A stretch of 64,000 nucleotides of DNA from an uncultured Bacteroidota bacterium (lineage in GTDB: Bacteria > Bacteroidota > Bacteroidia > Bacteroidales > DTGW01): positions 13,797 to 77,796 of the forward strand of contig CAWEFA010000078.1 of NCBI GenBank assembly GCA_963808135.1, given 5' to 3'. The translations under genes and the position numbers were made by a program. The stretch's first letter is position 1; each line of letters starts with the position of its first letter. This document shows positions 32,718 through 44,700 of the stretch, piece after piece. The notes below the pieces were generated by a model. The model searched no databases and had not been told where the DNA came from. It saw nothing but the letters and a program-made list of their open reading frames with translations.

Positions 32718-33287
32718 ATGATTGAAAAATACCTGGCATTATTTAATGATCTTATAAAAAGCATTGTTATTAGCAACAATGATGGGAAAACATTAAACTC
32801 AGAAAGTGCAATAAGCATTATCTCTAACGAATTTAATAAAATTAAAATAATAAATGGGACATTGTACCTCATAGGAAATGGAGGCAGCAGTGGTATCGCT
32901 TCACATGCTTCGGTTGATTTACTGAACACCTGTAAAATTAAAGCTTACCCATTAACAGATAATAGCCAACTTACCTGTTTTGCCAATGATTTTGGCTATG
33001 AAAATGTTTATAGTAAACTACTAGAAAATGTTTTAACTTCAAATGATATTTTAATTGCAATAAGCAGTTCGGGCTCGTCTAAAAATATTATAAATGCAGC
33101 AAATATAGCCCATCAAAAAAACACATTTATTTTAACCCTTTCAGGCTTTAAACCCGATAACCCACTCAGGCAATATGGAAATATTAATATTTGGCTTAAT
33201 TCAAATCATTACGGAATGGTTGAAATCGGGCATGCATTAATTTTGCATTATATTACAGATAGTTTTTCTAATTTATCTTTGATTTAA
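32718..33287 (+). CDS. gmhA: SIS-domain phosphoheptose isomerase-like protein
   Basis: GNGGS, ANDFGYE, ISSSGSSKN. Confidence 0.75.
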   Translation: MIEKYLALFNDLIKSIVISNNDGKTLNSESAISIISNEFNKIKIINGTLYLIGNGGSSGIASHASVDLLNTCKIKAYPLTDNSQLTCFANDFGYENVYSKLLENVLTSNDILIAISSSGSSKNIINAANIAHQKNTFILTLSGFKPDNPLRQYGNINIWLNSNHYGMVEIGHALILHYITDSFSNLSLI

Positions 33288-33437
33288 TGTGCAATAAATT
33301 TCGGTAAGAGGTTTATGTACACAATGGAAACTCTACAATTATGCATTATTTAACTGCGAAATTATCTTTACTAGAAAACCATTTAAGCACATGACAAATA
33401 TAATCAATCCGGAAAATCAAAAGAATAGCATTATTTT

Positions 33438-34934
33438 ATGTTAAGTAACATCAAGTCGGTTTTAAAAAACACCTTTATATATGGCTTAGGCAACTTATCG
33501 ACTAAGATAATAGGACTAATTTTATTGCCGCTGTATTCTACACATTTAAGTATTGAGGAATACGGAGTAATGAGTTTATTAGAAGTTTCATCACAGATAT
33601 TGGTTGCCCTATTTGGTTTGGCGCTTTTCCAGGCTTTTTTCAGATGGTATTTTGACAAAAACTATATTGAAAAACGAAATTCGATTTTTTATACCACACT
33701 AATTTCTCTTGGCTTTTTGGCATTATGCATGGTTATTGGCCTTTCTTTTTTCTCAGGAAAATTCTCAATAATATTACTTAATTCAGCGCAATATTCATTT
33801 ATTATTAAACTTATGATTGTATCGGCCGGTTTGGATATTATTTTCCAGTCGCCTAATACGCTTATAAGGCTGCAGGAGAAACCAATATTATTTTCTACTG
33901 CCAATATTATTAAATTGGTTACAAGTTTAATGCTTACTTTGCTGTTTTTACTTCATTATAAACAAAAAATTGAAGGCATATACAAAGCTCAGTTAATAGG
34001 ACAAATAATTTACTTACTATACCTTTCACGCTATATCCTGAAAAATATTACTCCGATTTTTGAAAAGACGATACTTTATGAAATGCTTTCATTCAGTTTT
34101 CCGTTGATGTTTTCAACAATTGCAGCCATAGTTTTAAATATGTCCGACAGGTATATATTATCATTCTTTGGAACGATGAAAGATGTTGGGCAATATTCAC
34201 TGGGTTATAAAATGGCAAATACAATTTCTGTTTTTATTCTTGGTTCAATAAATATGGCATTGACTCCAATGATTTATAAAATGATAGATGCCCCAAACAG
34301 GATGCGCTTTTACTCAAAATTGATGACTTATTACGCATTTGGCCTTATTATTGTTATTCTTGGAATGTCTTTTTTTGGAAAAGAAATTATAAAATTCTTT
34401 GCAAGAAATCCTAATTATTGGAACTCATACAAAGTTATACCCATCATATCATTTGCAATTTTGTTTACCATGCTCAAAGATACCTCTATGACTGGATTGC
34501 AGATAATGAAGAAATCAAAAATTATAGCAACAATAGTAATAACGGTCTCTTTCCTGAACATAATCCTTGATATTGTTTTTATTTCTCTTTTTAAAACAAT
34601 TGGGGCTGCGTATGCCACGCTTGCCTCACAATTAATATATTTTGTACTGATTTTATTTTTTGCACAAAGGGTATATCCAATTCCTTACGAATTGCTAAAA
34701 ATATTTAAAATGATAATTCTGGGTATAATTCTATATGTCTTAGCTTCGTTTACAAATGATTATTCGCTGATAATAAGGTTAACGGTTAAATCGTTTCTGA
34801 TACTAACATATCCAGCGATTTTATACTTTTTCAGGTTTTACGAACCTATTGAAATTGATAGGATTAAGGGCGCTATTAACAAATGGAGAGACCCAGGTAC
34901 CTGGAAAACATTAATTAAAAAAATACAGTTATAA
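33438..34934 (+). CDS. wzx: Wzx-type oligosaccharide flippase
   Basis: ~500 aa multi-TM protein, LPLYS..LS.EEYG N-terminal pattern, inside the cluster. Confidence 0.85.
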   Translation: MLSNIKSVLKNTFIYGLGNLSTKIIGLILLPLYSTHLSIEEYGVMSLLEVSSQILVALFGLALFQAFFRWYFDKNYIEKRNSIFYTTLISLGFLALCMVIGLSFFSGKFSIILLNSAQYSFIIKLMIVSAGLDIIFQSPNTLIRLQEKPILFSTANIIKLVTSLMLTLLFLLHYKQKIEGIYKAQLIGQIIYLLYLSRYILKNITPIFEKTILYEMLSFSFPLMFSTIAAIVLNMSDRYILSFFGTMKDVGQYSLGYKMANTISVFILGSINMALTPMIYKMIDAPNRMRFYSKLMTYYAFGLIIVILGMSFFGKEIIKFFARNPNYWNSYKVIPIISFAILFTMLKDTSMTGLQIMKKSKIIATIVITVSFLNIILDIVFISLFKTIGAAYATLASQLIYFVLILFFAQRVYPIPYELLKIFKMIILGIILYVLASFTNDYSLIIRLTVKSFLILTYPAILYFFRFYEPIEIDRIKGAINKWRDPGTWKTLIKKIQL

Positions 34935-35357
34935 TTTATTTTGGAAAACAAATTATTGGTTTTGAAAACTTTTAGTAATTTAAAGCATTTGATGGTTTTA
35001 TACCTTTTGGTAATAGAAGAGCTTCAGATTTTTTTTGTAAAAAAATATTAGAAATTTTACAAACAATGTGAATATTAAATTTTGAAAATCGGTTTCATCG
35101 TGAAATGGAATTTTAGACATATTTTTTTATTTGCAATCATAATCCGATTATCGATGGAACCATTCGCAGTACTTGTTTAGCAGCAATTTTTATTTTTATT
35201 GTTATTGGTCTTAAAGTTTCAGATGATTTAAATGTCACATTTTTTTCAATGGTCAGAAAAGCAGGTGAACTTTTTAAAAAGATTTAACAAATGATTTACA
35301 AGCTAATTAAAAAGCCAGCTTTCACAAAAAAGGTTTAATCCAAAATATTATAAATTA

Positions 35358-36578
35358 ATGACATATCGATTTGTCAAAATATCGAATTACTATAATGATT
35401 TATTAAGGAGTTATTATCAGAATAATCCGGAATTAATTAATTTCTCATATCAACAACAATATGACCATTTCATGAAACAGGATTTTGGTTGGTCGGATTA
35501 TTTTAAAATACATTTGAATAATATTGGCGTTGAAGCATACGAAATTATTGGTAATGGAAGCCAAATGCAAAAAGCCTGGGCAAAAGAACATGGATTTGAA
35601 TATAATAATGAGCTTATTATACAACAATTAAAAATATACAACCCCGATGTTCTTCTGGTTCACGATTTTAATATGCTTACTCCAGCTTATATCAGGAGAT
35701 TAAAAAACGAATTACCAAATCTCAAGCAATTAATTGGTTATTGTTGTTCACCATTTTCAAAAGACAACCTGGAAGTATTCAGATGCTATAATTATATTCT
35801 TACTTGTTCCCCATTGTTTGCAGGTATATTCGAGGAAAACAATATTAAATGCTACTTATTTCCACATGGTTTTGAAAGTTCACTTGCCGAAAAGGTTTCA
35901 AAAACCGACAGTTCAAAGGAAACAGATTTTATTTTTATTGGTTCGTTTATTCAAAGTTCAGATTATCATGATGAAAGAATAAAAATTATTGAAAGCTTAA
36001 TTAAAGAAAAAATTGAATTGCAAATTTATTCGAATATAAAAGATGAAAAAAATGCCAATTTAATATTGAGACAAGTGGATTATATGATTGCACAAATATT
36101 AAAGAAGCTTAAATTACAATCGATCGGACAAAACATTCAGTTAATTAATAAAGCAATGACTCTTAATGCTATGCCAAAGAAAAGCAGGTTCTCTAATACT
36201 TTTTTAAGCAAAGTGATAAAACAACCATTATACGGACTGCAAATGCTAAATGCAATTGCCGGGGCAAAAATCGGATTTAATATTCACGGTGGGATTGCTG
36301 GGAATTATGCAGCCAATATAAGAATGTTTGAAGTTACGGGTGCAGGCACTTTACTTTTAACAGATCACAAAAAAAACATCCGTGATTTTTTTGAGCCCGA
36401 TTATGAAATAATAACTTATAGCTCTTTTGAAGAGTGTATTGAAAAAGTCAGGTGGTTGCTCAATAACCCGGATAAAACAAATGCAATTTCGAAGGCCGGT
36501 CAATTAAGATGTTTGAAAGATCATAGCATTAAGAACAGGGTAGAACTACTTCACGAAATTATAAAGGGCAATTTTTAA
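35358..36578 (+). CDS. CgeB-like glycosyltransferase (Glyco_trans_1_2)
   Basis: NIRMFEVTGAGTLLLTD C-terminal motif. Confidence 0.8.
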   Translation: MTYRFVKISNYYNDLLRSYYQNNPELINFSYQQQYDHFMKQDFGWSDYFKIHLNNIGVEAYEIIGNGSQMQKAWAKEHGFEYNNELIIQQLKIYNPDVLLVHDFNMLTPAYIRRLKNELPNLKQLIGYCCSPFSKDNLEVFRCYNYILTCSPLFAGIFEENNIKCYLFPHGFESSLAEKVSKTDSSKETDFIFIGSFIQSSDYHDERIKIIESLIKEKIELQIYSNIKDEKNANLILRQVDYMIAQILKKLKLQSIGQNIQLINKAMTLNAMPKKSRFSNTFLSKVIKQPLYGLQMLNAIAGAKIGFNIHGGIAGNYAANIRMFEVTGAGTLLLTDHKKNIRDFFEPDYEIITYSSFEECIEKVRWLLNNPDKTNAISKAGQLRCLKDHSIKNRVELLHEIIKGNF

Positions 36579-36647
36579 TTTTAACTTGTTTGTTATAAAT
36601 TGTAAAATTTGCAATTCTGTTACAAACAAATAAAGGAGAAATAACAA

Positions 36648-37565
36648 ATGAAACTTTATCAAATTAAAAAAGCAATAAAATTAATTGGCAATTTAATTAC
36701 AATGAATTTCCGGGCCAATAATGAAACAGCATTGCTGGCTTTAGGCGCGATGCTTTCCAAACAACAATGGCTAATGAATTCCAACAACATTAATGATTAT
36801 GAATTTAAAATTTTTAGTCAATTTGGCGATGACGGAATTATTCAGTATTTAATAAAAAACATTGCAATAGAAAATGAAATTTTTATAGAATTTGGCGTTG
36901 AAAATTATCTGGAATCAAATACGAGATTTTTGATGATGAACAACAACTGGACCGGCTTTGTAATGGATGCTTCTGAAGCGGCAATGAAAAGTCTCCAAAA
37001 TCAAAATTGGTATTGGAAATATAATTTAACTCAAAAAGCCATTTTTATTGATAAGGATAATATTAACGAATTATTAGCAAATACAGGATTTTCAAACATT
37101 GGCTTATTACATATTGACCTCGATGGGAATGATTACCATATATTTAATGAAATTGATTTGTCAAAATTAAATCCATCGATAATTATTCTGGAATATAATA
37201 GTGTTTTTGGAAAAGAAAGGCCAATAACAATCCCATACGATAAAAATTTTAACAGAACAAAAGCACATTATAGCAATTTATATTTTGGGGCTTCGTTGCC
37301 GGCGCTCAATTTTGCTGCATCGAAAAAAGGATATTCTTTAATTGGCTGTAATCTTGCAGGTAATAATGCTTATTTTATCAGAAAAGATTTATTGAATGAA
37401 AAAATAAAAGAAATATCAGTTGAACAAGGGTTCAGAGATAATAAATTTAGAGAAAGTAGAAATAAAGACTATACTTTTTCATATCTTGCAGGAAAAGAAA
37501 GGCTTGAAATAATTAAAAGTCTTGAAGTATTAAATGTGGTAACTAATAAAAAGGAAATATTATAG
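36648..37565 (+). CDS. Conserved polysaccharide-cluster protein, methyltransferase-like
   Basis: FSQFGDDGII, IEFGV, IDLDGNDY, YFGASL. Confidence 0.65.
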   Translation: MKLYQIKKAIKLIGNLITMNFRANNETALLALGAMLSKQQWLMNSNNINDYEFKIFSQFGDDGIIQYLIKNIAIENEIFIEFGVENYLESNTRFLMMNNNWTGFVMDASEAAMKSLQNQNWYWKYNLTQKAIFIDKDNINELLANTGFSNIGLLHIDLDGNDYHIFNEIDLSKLNPSIIILEYNSVFGKERPITIPYDKNFNRTKAHYSNLYFGASLPALNFAASKKGYSLIGCNLAGNNAYFIRKDLLNEKIKEISVEQGFRDNKFRESRNKDYTFSYLAGKERLEIIKSLEVLNVVTNKKEIL

Positions 37566-37569
37566 AATA

Positions 37570-38683
37570 ATGGCCAATAAAAATTATCCGGTAAGCGAGA
37601 CAAACCTAAATGGCAATGAATTAAAATACGTTACAGATGCAGTTTCATCTTCATGGATATCATCGAATGGGAAATATATTGATCTTTTTGAAAATGAATT
37701 TGCCAATTACTTAGGCGTTAAACATGCCATTGCTGTATCTAACGGAACTGTTGCTATTCATCTCGCCTTGCTTGCTCTGAACATTGGGAAAGGGGATGAA
37801 GTAATTGTTCCAAACCTTACTTACATAGCAACAGCAAATGCTGTGAGTTATGTGAATGCAACACCTGTTTTTGCAGATTCAGAAGCCGATACATGGAACA
37901 TTAATCCTGAATGTATTGAAAAACTTATTACGCCTAAAACCAAAGCAATCATTCCGGTGCATTTATATGGCAATCCTTGCAACATGGATAAAATTGCTAC
38001 CATTGCAAAAAACCACAATCTTTACATTATTGAAGATGCTGCAGAAGCTATAGGGAGCCAATATCATGGGAAGAAAACCGGAAGTTTTGGACTTATTTCA
38101 ACCTTTAGTTTTTATGGAAATAAAACCATTACTACCGGAGAAGGCGGTATGGTTGCTACCAACGATGATGAATTGGCATCGAAAATAAGGCTTTTTAAAG
38201 GCCAGGGCATGAGCTTTACCAAACGTTATTGGTTTGATGTAATAGGCTATAATTACAGGATGACGAACATGCAGGCAGCTATCGGCCATGCGCAAATGGA
38301 AAGGATCAACGATTTGGTAAACGCAAAAAGACAAAATGCGCGTCACTATAATCGTTTCTTAAACGACATTGATCAGTCTGGTTTTACCTGTAGAATTACC
38401 TGGTACTATCAATACCTATTGGATGTATTCCATTGTACTTAAAAATAGAACAAGGGAGGAACGCGAACGGTTTGCAAACAGGTTGAAAGAATTTGGAGTT
38501 GATACACGCCCATTTTTTTATCTTATGACCGAGATGCCTCCTTACGTTAACCATAAAAAAGATGCTTGCCCGAATGCCTTTAAACTTGCTCAACAGGGTC
38601 TAAATCTGCCAAGTTCGACATTACTGAAAGAAGAAGATATTCAGTACATTTGTGAAAGTATTAAGAAATGTTTAATCTCGTGA
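37570..38683 (+). CDS. DegT/DnrJ/EryC1/StrS aminotransferase, perosamine synthetase-like (indel near 38373)
   Basis: VHLYG, EDAAEA, SFYGNKTITTGEGG, GYNYRM; C-terminus (GLNLPSS) is in the +1 frame. Confidence 0.9.
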
Positions 38684-39306
38684 ATAATTTACTAAAAAAA
38701 AGGATAATCATTCATGGTGGCGGAGGCAATACAAGAACCATAATTGCTGTTCTCAAAAGCAATGGAATAATGGATGAAATAATTTGCATCGACAAACCTC
38801 TTGTTGCAGATGAAACTATTTTAGGCGTAAAGGTTTTTGAAAAAATTGCTTTTGCAAATTCCGATATCCATTTGATTTCTTATGGCGACAATCAGCATAG
38901 GGCAGAGGTTTACAATGAATTTAAAGAAAAGACCTTTTGCATAGGGAACTGTATTGCAAGTGATGCAATAATTTACAGTAAATCAATTTCTGCTAACGAA
39001 AATTTACAGGTATTTAACCGGGTATATATTGGTCCGGATGTAATAGTGGGAAATAACAACATTATCAATACCGGCGCAATTATTGAGCATGAAGTTACAT
39101 TGAAGGATCATTTACATATAGCGCCAGGTTCAGTTATTTGCGGTAGGGCAACCATTGGGAATTATGTTTTTGTAGGAGCAAATTCGGTGGTTCGTGATAA
39201 AATTTCAATATGCGACAATGTAACAATAGGAGCTGGTTCTGTAGTAATTAGTAGTATAGAAGAACCAGGCGTATATGTTGGCAATCCGGTCAGAAAAATC
39301 AATTAG
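38668..39306 (+). CDS. NeuD/PglD-type sugar acetyltransferase
   Basis: Hexapeptide repeats, INTGAIIEHE, IGAGSVV, VGNP. Confidence 0.88.
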   Translation: MFNLVNNLLKKRIIIHGGGGNTRTIIAVLKSNGIMDEIICIDKPLVADETILGVKVFEKIAFANSDIHLISYGDNQHRAEVYNEFKEKTFCIGNCIASDAIIYSKSISANENLQVFNRVYIGPDVIVGNNNIINTGAIIEHEVTLKDHLHIAPGSVICGRATIGNYVFVGANSVVRDKISICDNVTIGAGSVVISSIEEPGVYVGNPVRKIN

Positions 39307-39308
39307 AT

Positions 39309-40529
39309 ATGAAGATTGCTATTTATGCTGATATTCCTAACGGAGCTTATGGAGGGATTCAACAATATATTGAAAAACTTACAAAATCGTTAATTGAGAA
39401 TACGGATCATAAAATTTTAATTATCACAAACCGGGTTTTTTACGATCAATTCTTTAAACAATTTGAACAAGCTGATAATTTCAAAACATTAATTTCAAAT
39501 AATAAGCAAAAAATTTTTACTATTCTTTTTTATAATCGTTATTCAAGAATAATAAGCAGTTTAATCTTTAATAAAATTCTTTTCATCAGCAAGCTGTCTG
39601 AATATATTGGCAATATTAAGCCAGCAATATTAAAATACAAACCTGACGTTATCCATTTCCCTTTGCCAAATATGCAGGTTTATAATTGGGATATACCTGT
39701 AACAGTTAGCCTTCATGATCTTCAGCATGAATATTTTCCCGAATTCTTTAGTAAAACTCAATTATACTTAAGAAACCTTCACTTTAAAAAATCTGCCAGG
39801 GAGTGCAACCAGGTAATTGTTTCATTTGAACATGTGAAAAAAGACATTCATAAGATTTATCAAATCCCGCTTGAAAAAATCACCGTTACTTCTTTGGGAG
39901 CTGAAAACCGTTTTGAGCAAGTCGATATTATTTCGAAAGAAGAATTATTGAACCAATTTAACCTGCCTGAACATTTTATATTTTTCCCTGCACAAACATG
40001 GAAACATAAAAACCATATTACTTTATTGAAAGCCTTGGTTTTATTGCGTGAAGAGTATAAGAAGAAAATATTCCTTGTTTGTTCGGGAATGAAAAATAAT
40101 TACTTTTCTGAAATTAATAAATTTATCAAAGAAAATGCTTTGGAAAACCAAACAACATTTCTTGGGTTTATTTCTAACCGGGAATTATTTAGCTTATATA
40201 AATATGCCGATTTGGTTGTTATTCCTACTCTTTATGAAGCCGGATCATTTCCTCTTTTTGAAGCCATGAGCATTGGCTGCCCGGTTATTTGTTCAAATGT
40301 TACATCTTTGCCAGAAACTATTGGGGATGAACGATTTATTTTTAATCCATTATCGGAAGCAGAAATAGCGGATAAAATTCTTTATTTGTTAGAAGATGCT
40401 GAAATCAGGCAACAAAACATTAGGAATAGCTATAACCAAATCAAGAATTTTTCATGGGCTTTAGCAGTAAAAAATTTTGAGAAAGCCTACTCTAATGCAA
40501 TAGAAAATTACAAAACACATGGCAAATAA
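39309..40529 (+). CDS. Glycosyltransferase family 4
   Basis: HDLQH, PTLYEAGSFPLFEAM. Confidence 0.9.
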   Translation: MKIAIYADIPNGAYGGIQQYIEKLTKSLIENTDHKILIITNRVFYDQFFKQFEQADNFKTLISNNKQKIFTILFYNRYSRIISSLIFNKILFISKLSEYIGNIKPAILKYKPDVIHFPLPNMQVYNWDIPVTVSLHDLQHEYFPEFFSKTQLYLRNLHFKKSARECNQVIVSFEHVKKDIHKIYQIPLEKITVTSLGAENRFEQVDIISKEELLNQFNLPEHFIFFPAQTWKHKNHITLLKALVLLREEYKKKIFLVCSGMKNNYFSEINKFIKENALENQTTFLGFISNRELFSLYKYADLVVIPTLYEAGSFPLFEAMSIGCPVICSNVTSLPETIGDERFIFNPLSEAEIADKILYLLEDAEIRQQNIRNSYNQIKNFSWALAVKNFEKAYSNAIENYKTHGK

Positions 40530-41274
40530 CCGACCTTTAATTTCTTTTATAACGGTTGTATTCAATAGCGCGCAATATCTGGAAGCAACACTTTTAAGTA
40601 TTATTGACCAGACATTCCGTGAAATTGAAATTATAATAATTGATGGAGGTTCGACCGATGGCACCGTTGATATTATAAAAAAATATGAAACCCGCCTTGC
40701 ATACTGGATCAGCGAACCCGACAAGGGTTTATACGATGCTATGAATAAAGGATTGGCAAAAGCAACAGGCGATTATGTTTGCTTCATAAATTCAGGCGAT
40801 CAGCTATACTCGAACGAAATTATTGAAAAAGCTTTTGGAAATTTATCGACTCTGCCTGATATAGTTTACGGAGAAACTATGATAATCGATTTTCAGGGTA
40901 ATGAAATTGGGTTAAGAAGGCTAAAAGCCCCCGACAAACTTACTTGGAAATTGTTCAGGGAAGGAATGCTCGTTTGCCATCAATCGGTTTATGTGAAAAA
41001 AGAAATTGCACCAGAATACAATCTTCGTTATCGCATTGCTTCCGATTTCGACTGGGTATTAAAAGCGCTCAGGAAAGCCAAATCCATTCACAATACAGGG
41101 CTTATCCTTTCGAAATTTCTCGATGGCGGCATGAATAAACGAAATATTCCCCGTGCATTAATAGAACGGTTTCAAATTATGGTTTCCAATTTCGGTTTTT
41201 TCCCAACCTTATTCAGGCACATAGTAATCGGCACAAGGTTTTTCATATATTTCATCAGGCACAAAAGATTTTAA
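40519..41274 (+). CDS. Glycosyltransferase family 2
   Basis: IDGGSTDGT, SEPDKGLYDAMNKG. Confidence 0.92.
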   Translation: MANNRPLISFITVVFNSAQYLEATLLSIIDQTFREIEIIIIDGGSTDGTVDIIKKYETRLAYWISEPDKGLYDAMNKGLAKATGDYVCFINSGDQLYSNEIIEKAFGNLSTLPDIVYGETMIIDFQGNEIGLRRLKAPDKLTWKLFREGMLVCHQSVYVKKEIAPEYNLRYRIASDFDWVLKALRKAKSIHNTGLILSKFLDGGMNKRNIPRALIERFQIMVSNFGFFPTLFRHIVIGTRFFIYFIRHKRF

Positions 41275-41425
41275 AGCGCTATAAGTATTTACCAGCCGAT
41301 ATTTCCTGCTTCATTACATTTATTTTAAGCTTCGGATTCCATGTTGAATAAAGCATAGAACAATAATTTATTCAGCGCCTTTCCCAATTTTTTTAATCTA
41401 AATTGAAAAATAAAATCATTTCATT

Positions 41426-41455
41426 TGGGGGTTACAGCATTTATTTTCGTCATAT
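41426..41455 (+). promoter_or_regulatory. Candidate ECF-type promoter upstream of the tandem SusD-CTD gene
   Basis: TGGGGGTT-N10-TTTTCGTCATAT preceded by AAAATCATTT; same architecture as 45663-45692. Confidence 0.4.
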
Positions 41456-41570
41456 ACATAACAAAGTGTAATTTTTAATTTCCGGAAAATTAAGTTGGCT
41501 TTTGAAAATAATATGTCAAAGACAAAGAATAATTAATAAATGCAATGTTAGTTAGTTATTAATTTTGTTT

Positions 41571-41648
41571 ACCCCCCCTCCTTTAAAAAGTGGGCTAACC
41601 GGACAGAAGCCGCTATCCGGTTATTCCCCTTTTTTTAGGGGTTGGGGT
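41571..41648. repeat. Long GC-rich hairpin (REP-like) in the leader of the 41742 gene
   Basis: ACCCCCCCTCCTTTAAAAAGTGGG..AACCGGA..TCCGGTT..CCCCTTTTTTAGGGGTTGGGGT imperfect inverted repeat. Confidence 0.6.
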
Positions 41649-41741
41649 GAAAAACTTCAATTTAGCGTTTACATGATGCTGATTATTCTTTGACATGTAA
41701 TCATAAATGTTGTCATTTTTTAATAAATAAACTTTACAACT

Positions 41742-44700
41742 ATGAAAACAAAAACAACAAACTGTAAATTATTAGCAGTAATTATTTCAGCTTATTTGTT
41801 TTCTATTTGTGGAATAATGCATGCCAAACCATGGAAAGACAGGGTAGTAGATTCTTTGCAGCAATTTGTATTGCCAAGCCAATTTCTCTATGGGGTTAAT
41901 GAATGGGCTATTGGCGATTGTATGTCTGATAATGCCGAGCTTGGAGGCGCCGATCATTACGACCATGAACCCATGCAACAAATGTGTGCTTTCAATATCA
42001 AACCCGCTATGGAACCGGTATTTACATATTACCGATGGAACTATTTTGGTATCGGGCTTTGCAACCAATACCTGAAAAACTTTGGCAATATAAGTTCCCC
42101 TTCAGCGGCTGATAATGTTCAAAAGGGAGAAATACTTTTCCTGAGGGCTTTGTTTTATTTTAACTTAGTAAGGCTTTACGGGGGTGTACCCATTTTTACT
42201 GAAAGTGAACATATCAAAAGTTGATTCACTGAAAAGTACCTATTTCGAGCCTTTGTTTTGGCCTACTATTATTTCCGATACTCTCCATAAATCACGCAAC
42301 TCTGCCTCCGAAGTGTGGGGCATGGTTGAAACTGACCTCAATTCGGCAATTGGGTTACTCCCTTTGCGAAGCCTGATTGCTGAACCAAAGTTCCATATTC
42401 AAAAAGGAGCTGCCCAGGCATTGATTGTAAAAGCTAAAATTTATCAAAAGAAATGGGCCGAAGCGCTTACGTTTGCTGAAGATATTATCAATTCAGGCGA
42501 ATATGCACTTGAACCCAATTTTGCCAACTGTTTTAGCGTAGATACCAAATATGGGGCAGAATCGATATTTGAAATTGTTCGGCCTCCAATTAATGGAATT
42601 GATTATTTTAGAAGCATTTATTGGATTTCAGGGAACCAAAACGTTTATTGCAATCCAAGAAAAATGTGTTTAAGGTTAAAAACACAAGATATAAATATGG
42701 TGGATGGACGTGTTCAGGGTTATGCTAATTATTATGGTTGGGGTTTTAACTGTCCTACCGAAAAATATGTAAATTCATTTACACCGGGCGATCCGCGGTT
42801 AAAGTTAACCATAGCATCTCAAAATGACAGTATTGCTGGGATATTGACCCGGTTATAAATGATACTGTATGGGCATGGATTTTACCGCAAGTACAGTAAG
42901 CAATAGTCCCACAGGTTACAACTCGGCCAAATATATTGTTACCAATATTGACTGGAAAAACGGCGGATCTGATATTTATGACGACATTCAACATTCGGGA
43001 GGAATTAAAAACATACGGGTTATCCGTTATGCCGATGTATTATTGTTCGCGGCTGAAGCGGCTTTTCAAACCGGCGATAGCGTCACGGCGCTTCATTATA
43101 TTAACTTGGTGCGCACCCGTGCGCGGAACAGTGGTAAAACTAATCTTCCGGCCAACCTCGCCACACTTACTTTAGACGATATATATAACGAACGTTCCTG
43201 GGAGCTTGGCTCTGAAGGGCACCGTTATTTTGACCTTATTCGCACCGGCAAGGCATACGAAACATTAAACGGGTTGCATATTAATATGCTGGATACAATT
43301 AAAAATTTTGATTCTACAAAACATTACCTCTTCCCAATTCCTTTACAAGATTTGTTGATAAACAAAGGGGCGCTTTCCCAAAACCCCGGATACGATACAA
43401 CACAATCGAATTGCAACATAACCATTAATCCCTTGTTTGAGCACGATACAATCCTTGCCACAGTTGATACCTCAAAAACTAAAACATTGTCTTTATTACT
43501 AAATGTTTTGTGGAACAATAATTTTAATATAGACAACTTAATAAAAATCTATCTTACGCCTAAGTTCTCAGTTTCATGCAGCAAAGGAAAAATTAATAAT
43601 TGGCACATGGACTACCAAGAATTGGATGGCTATGTGAAAAATTTCCAATTTAATTCCACTTTTAATTATGAATACATGTACACTTCCGACTCCTTAAAAC
43701 TTCCCGTATTTCCGTTTACAGATAATATCATACTACATCTAAATAATTTTATAAAAGAATTTACCGATACTATTACAGTTATAATTAAAGAAAGCAAGAG
43801 GCCCCCTGATTATGATTCCTTAATTATGCCGACTTATGCATATTTTAATGATGCCGGGGTACACGATAAGTTCAATTATTCTTATTCGAAATTTGACAAT
43901 GAAATTTTACTCGATATGTTGACCGATGATGCTGAAAAAGGCAGTGGTTATGCACTTAATGTTAATACCAATTATAATGTTCTAATTGCCAGGAAATGGC
44001 TGAAAAATAAAAGTCTCTTTTTTCAAGATATAAGTTTGTCGCTTGCCGCAATAAAACAAGCAGACAGTACCATAAACCAGATAGAAAAGTACAAGAAAAA
44101 CTTTTCGGCCTACAATTACAACAGGTTAATGGGCGAAGCTAAGTTTATCCGGGGTTATTTTACTTTTTATTTAGCCAAACTTGCCGGTGGATATCCCCAG
44201 GTGATACATAATCCTAATATTAGTCTGATTGATAATTTCTATATTTCGGCAAATACCAACCCACGGGATATTTATAAAGATGTTGAAAACGATTTGAACG
44301 ATGCAATAGAATTATTACCGACAAAAAATGATTTTCTTACAAAGTTTAAAATTAGTCCTAACGGACGGGCTACAAAAGCTGCAGCCCAGTCATTACTTGC
44401 AAAAGTGTATATGATGGAAACCGGCTTTGGCTTTATTGCCGAAAATGATGGATGGAATAATGTTTATAACATTACTTCCGAAATTATTAATTCAGGCCAA
44501 TATACCCTGTTGCCAAACTATGCTATGATTTTTGAACCTGAGGGTGAATTCGGGAGCGAATCTGTTTTCGAAATTTATGCAGATAATTTAAATGAATTTA
44601 ATAAATGGGGAAATATTTCTTCCTTTCTCTGTGGCCCGGTATATTCTTTCAGTGTAGCGGCAAATGTCGCTAAAATTTCTTCTGGTCAGGGGAATGATAT

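Noticed and set aside
34935-35357. Gap in the polysaccharide cluster as a hidden gene or ncRNA
   Set aside because: No ORF of useful length, clear structure or recognisable motif.
37570-41274. Polysaccharide cluster as the A-LPS anchor pathway for the adjacent T9SS cargo
   Set aside because: Only adjacency and a generic DegT-family gene support it; no specific evidence.
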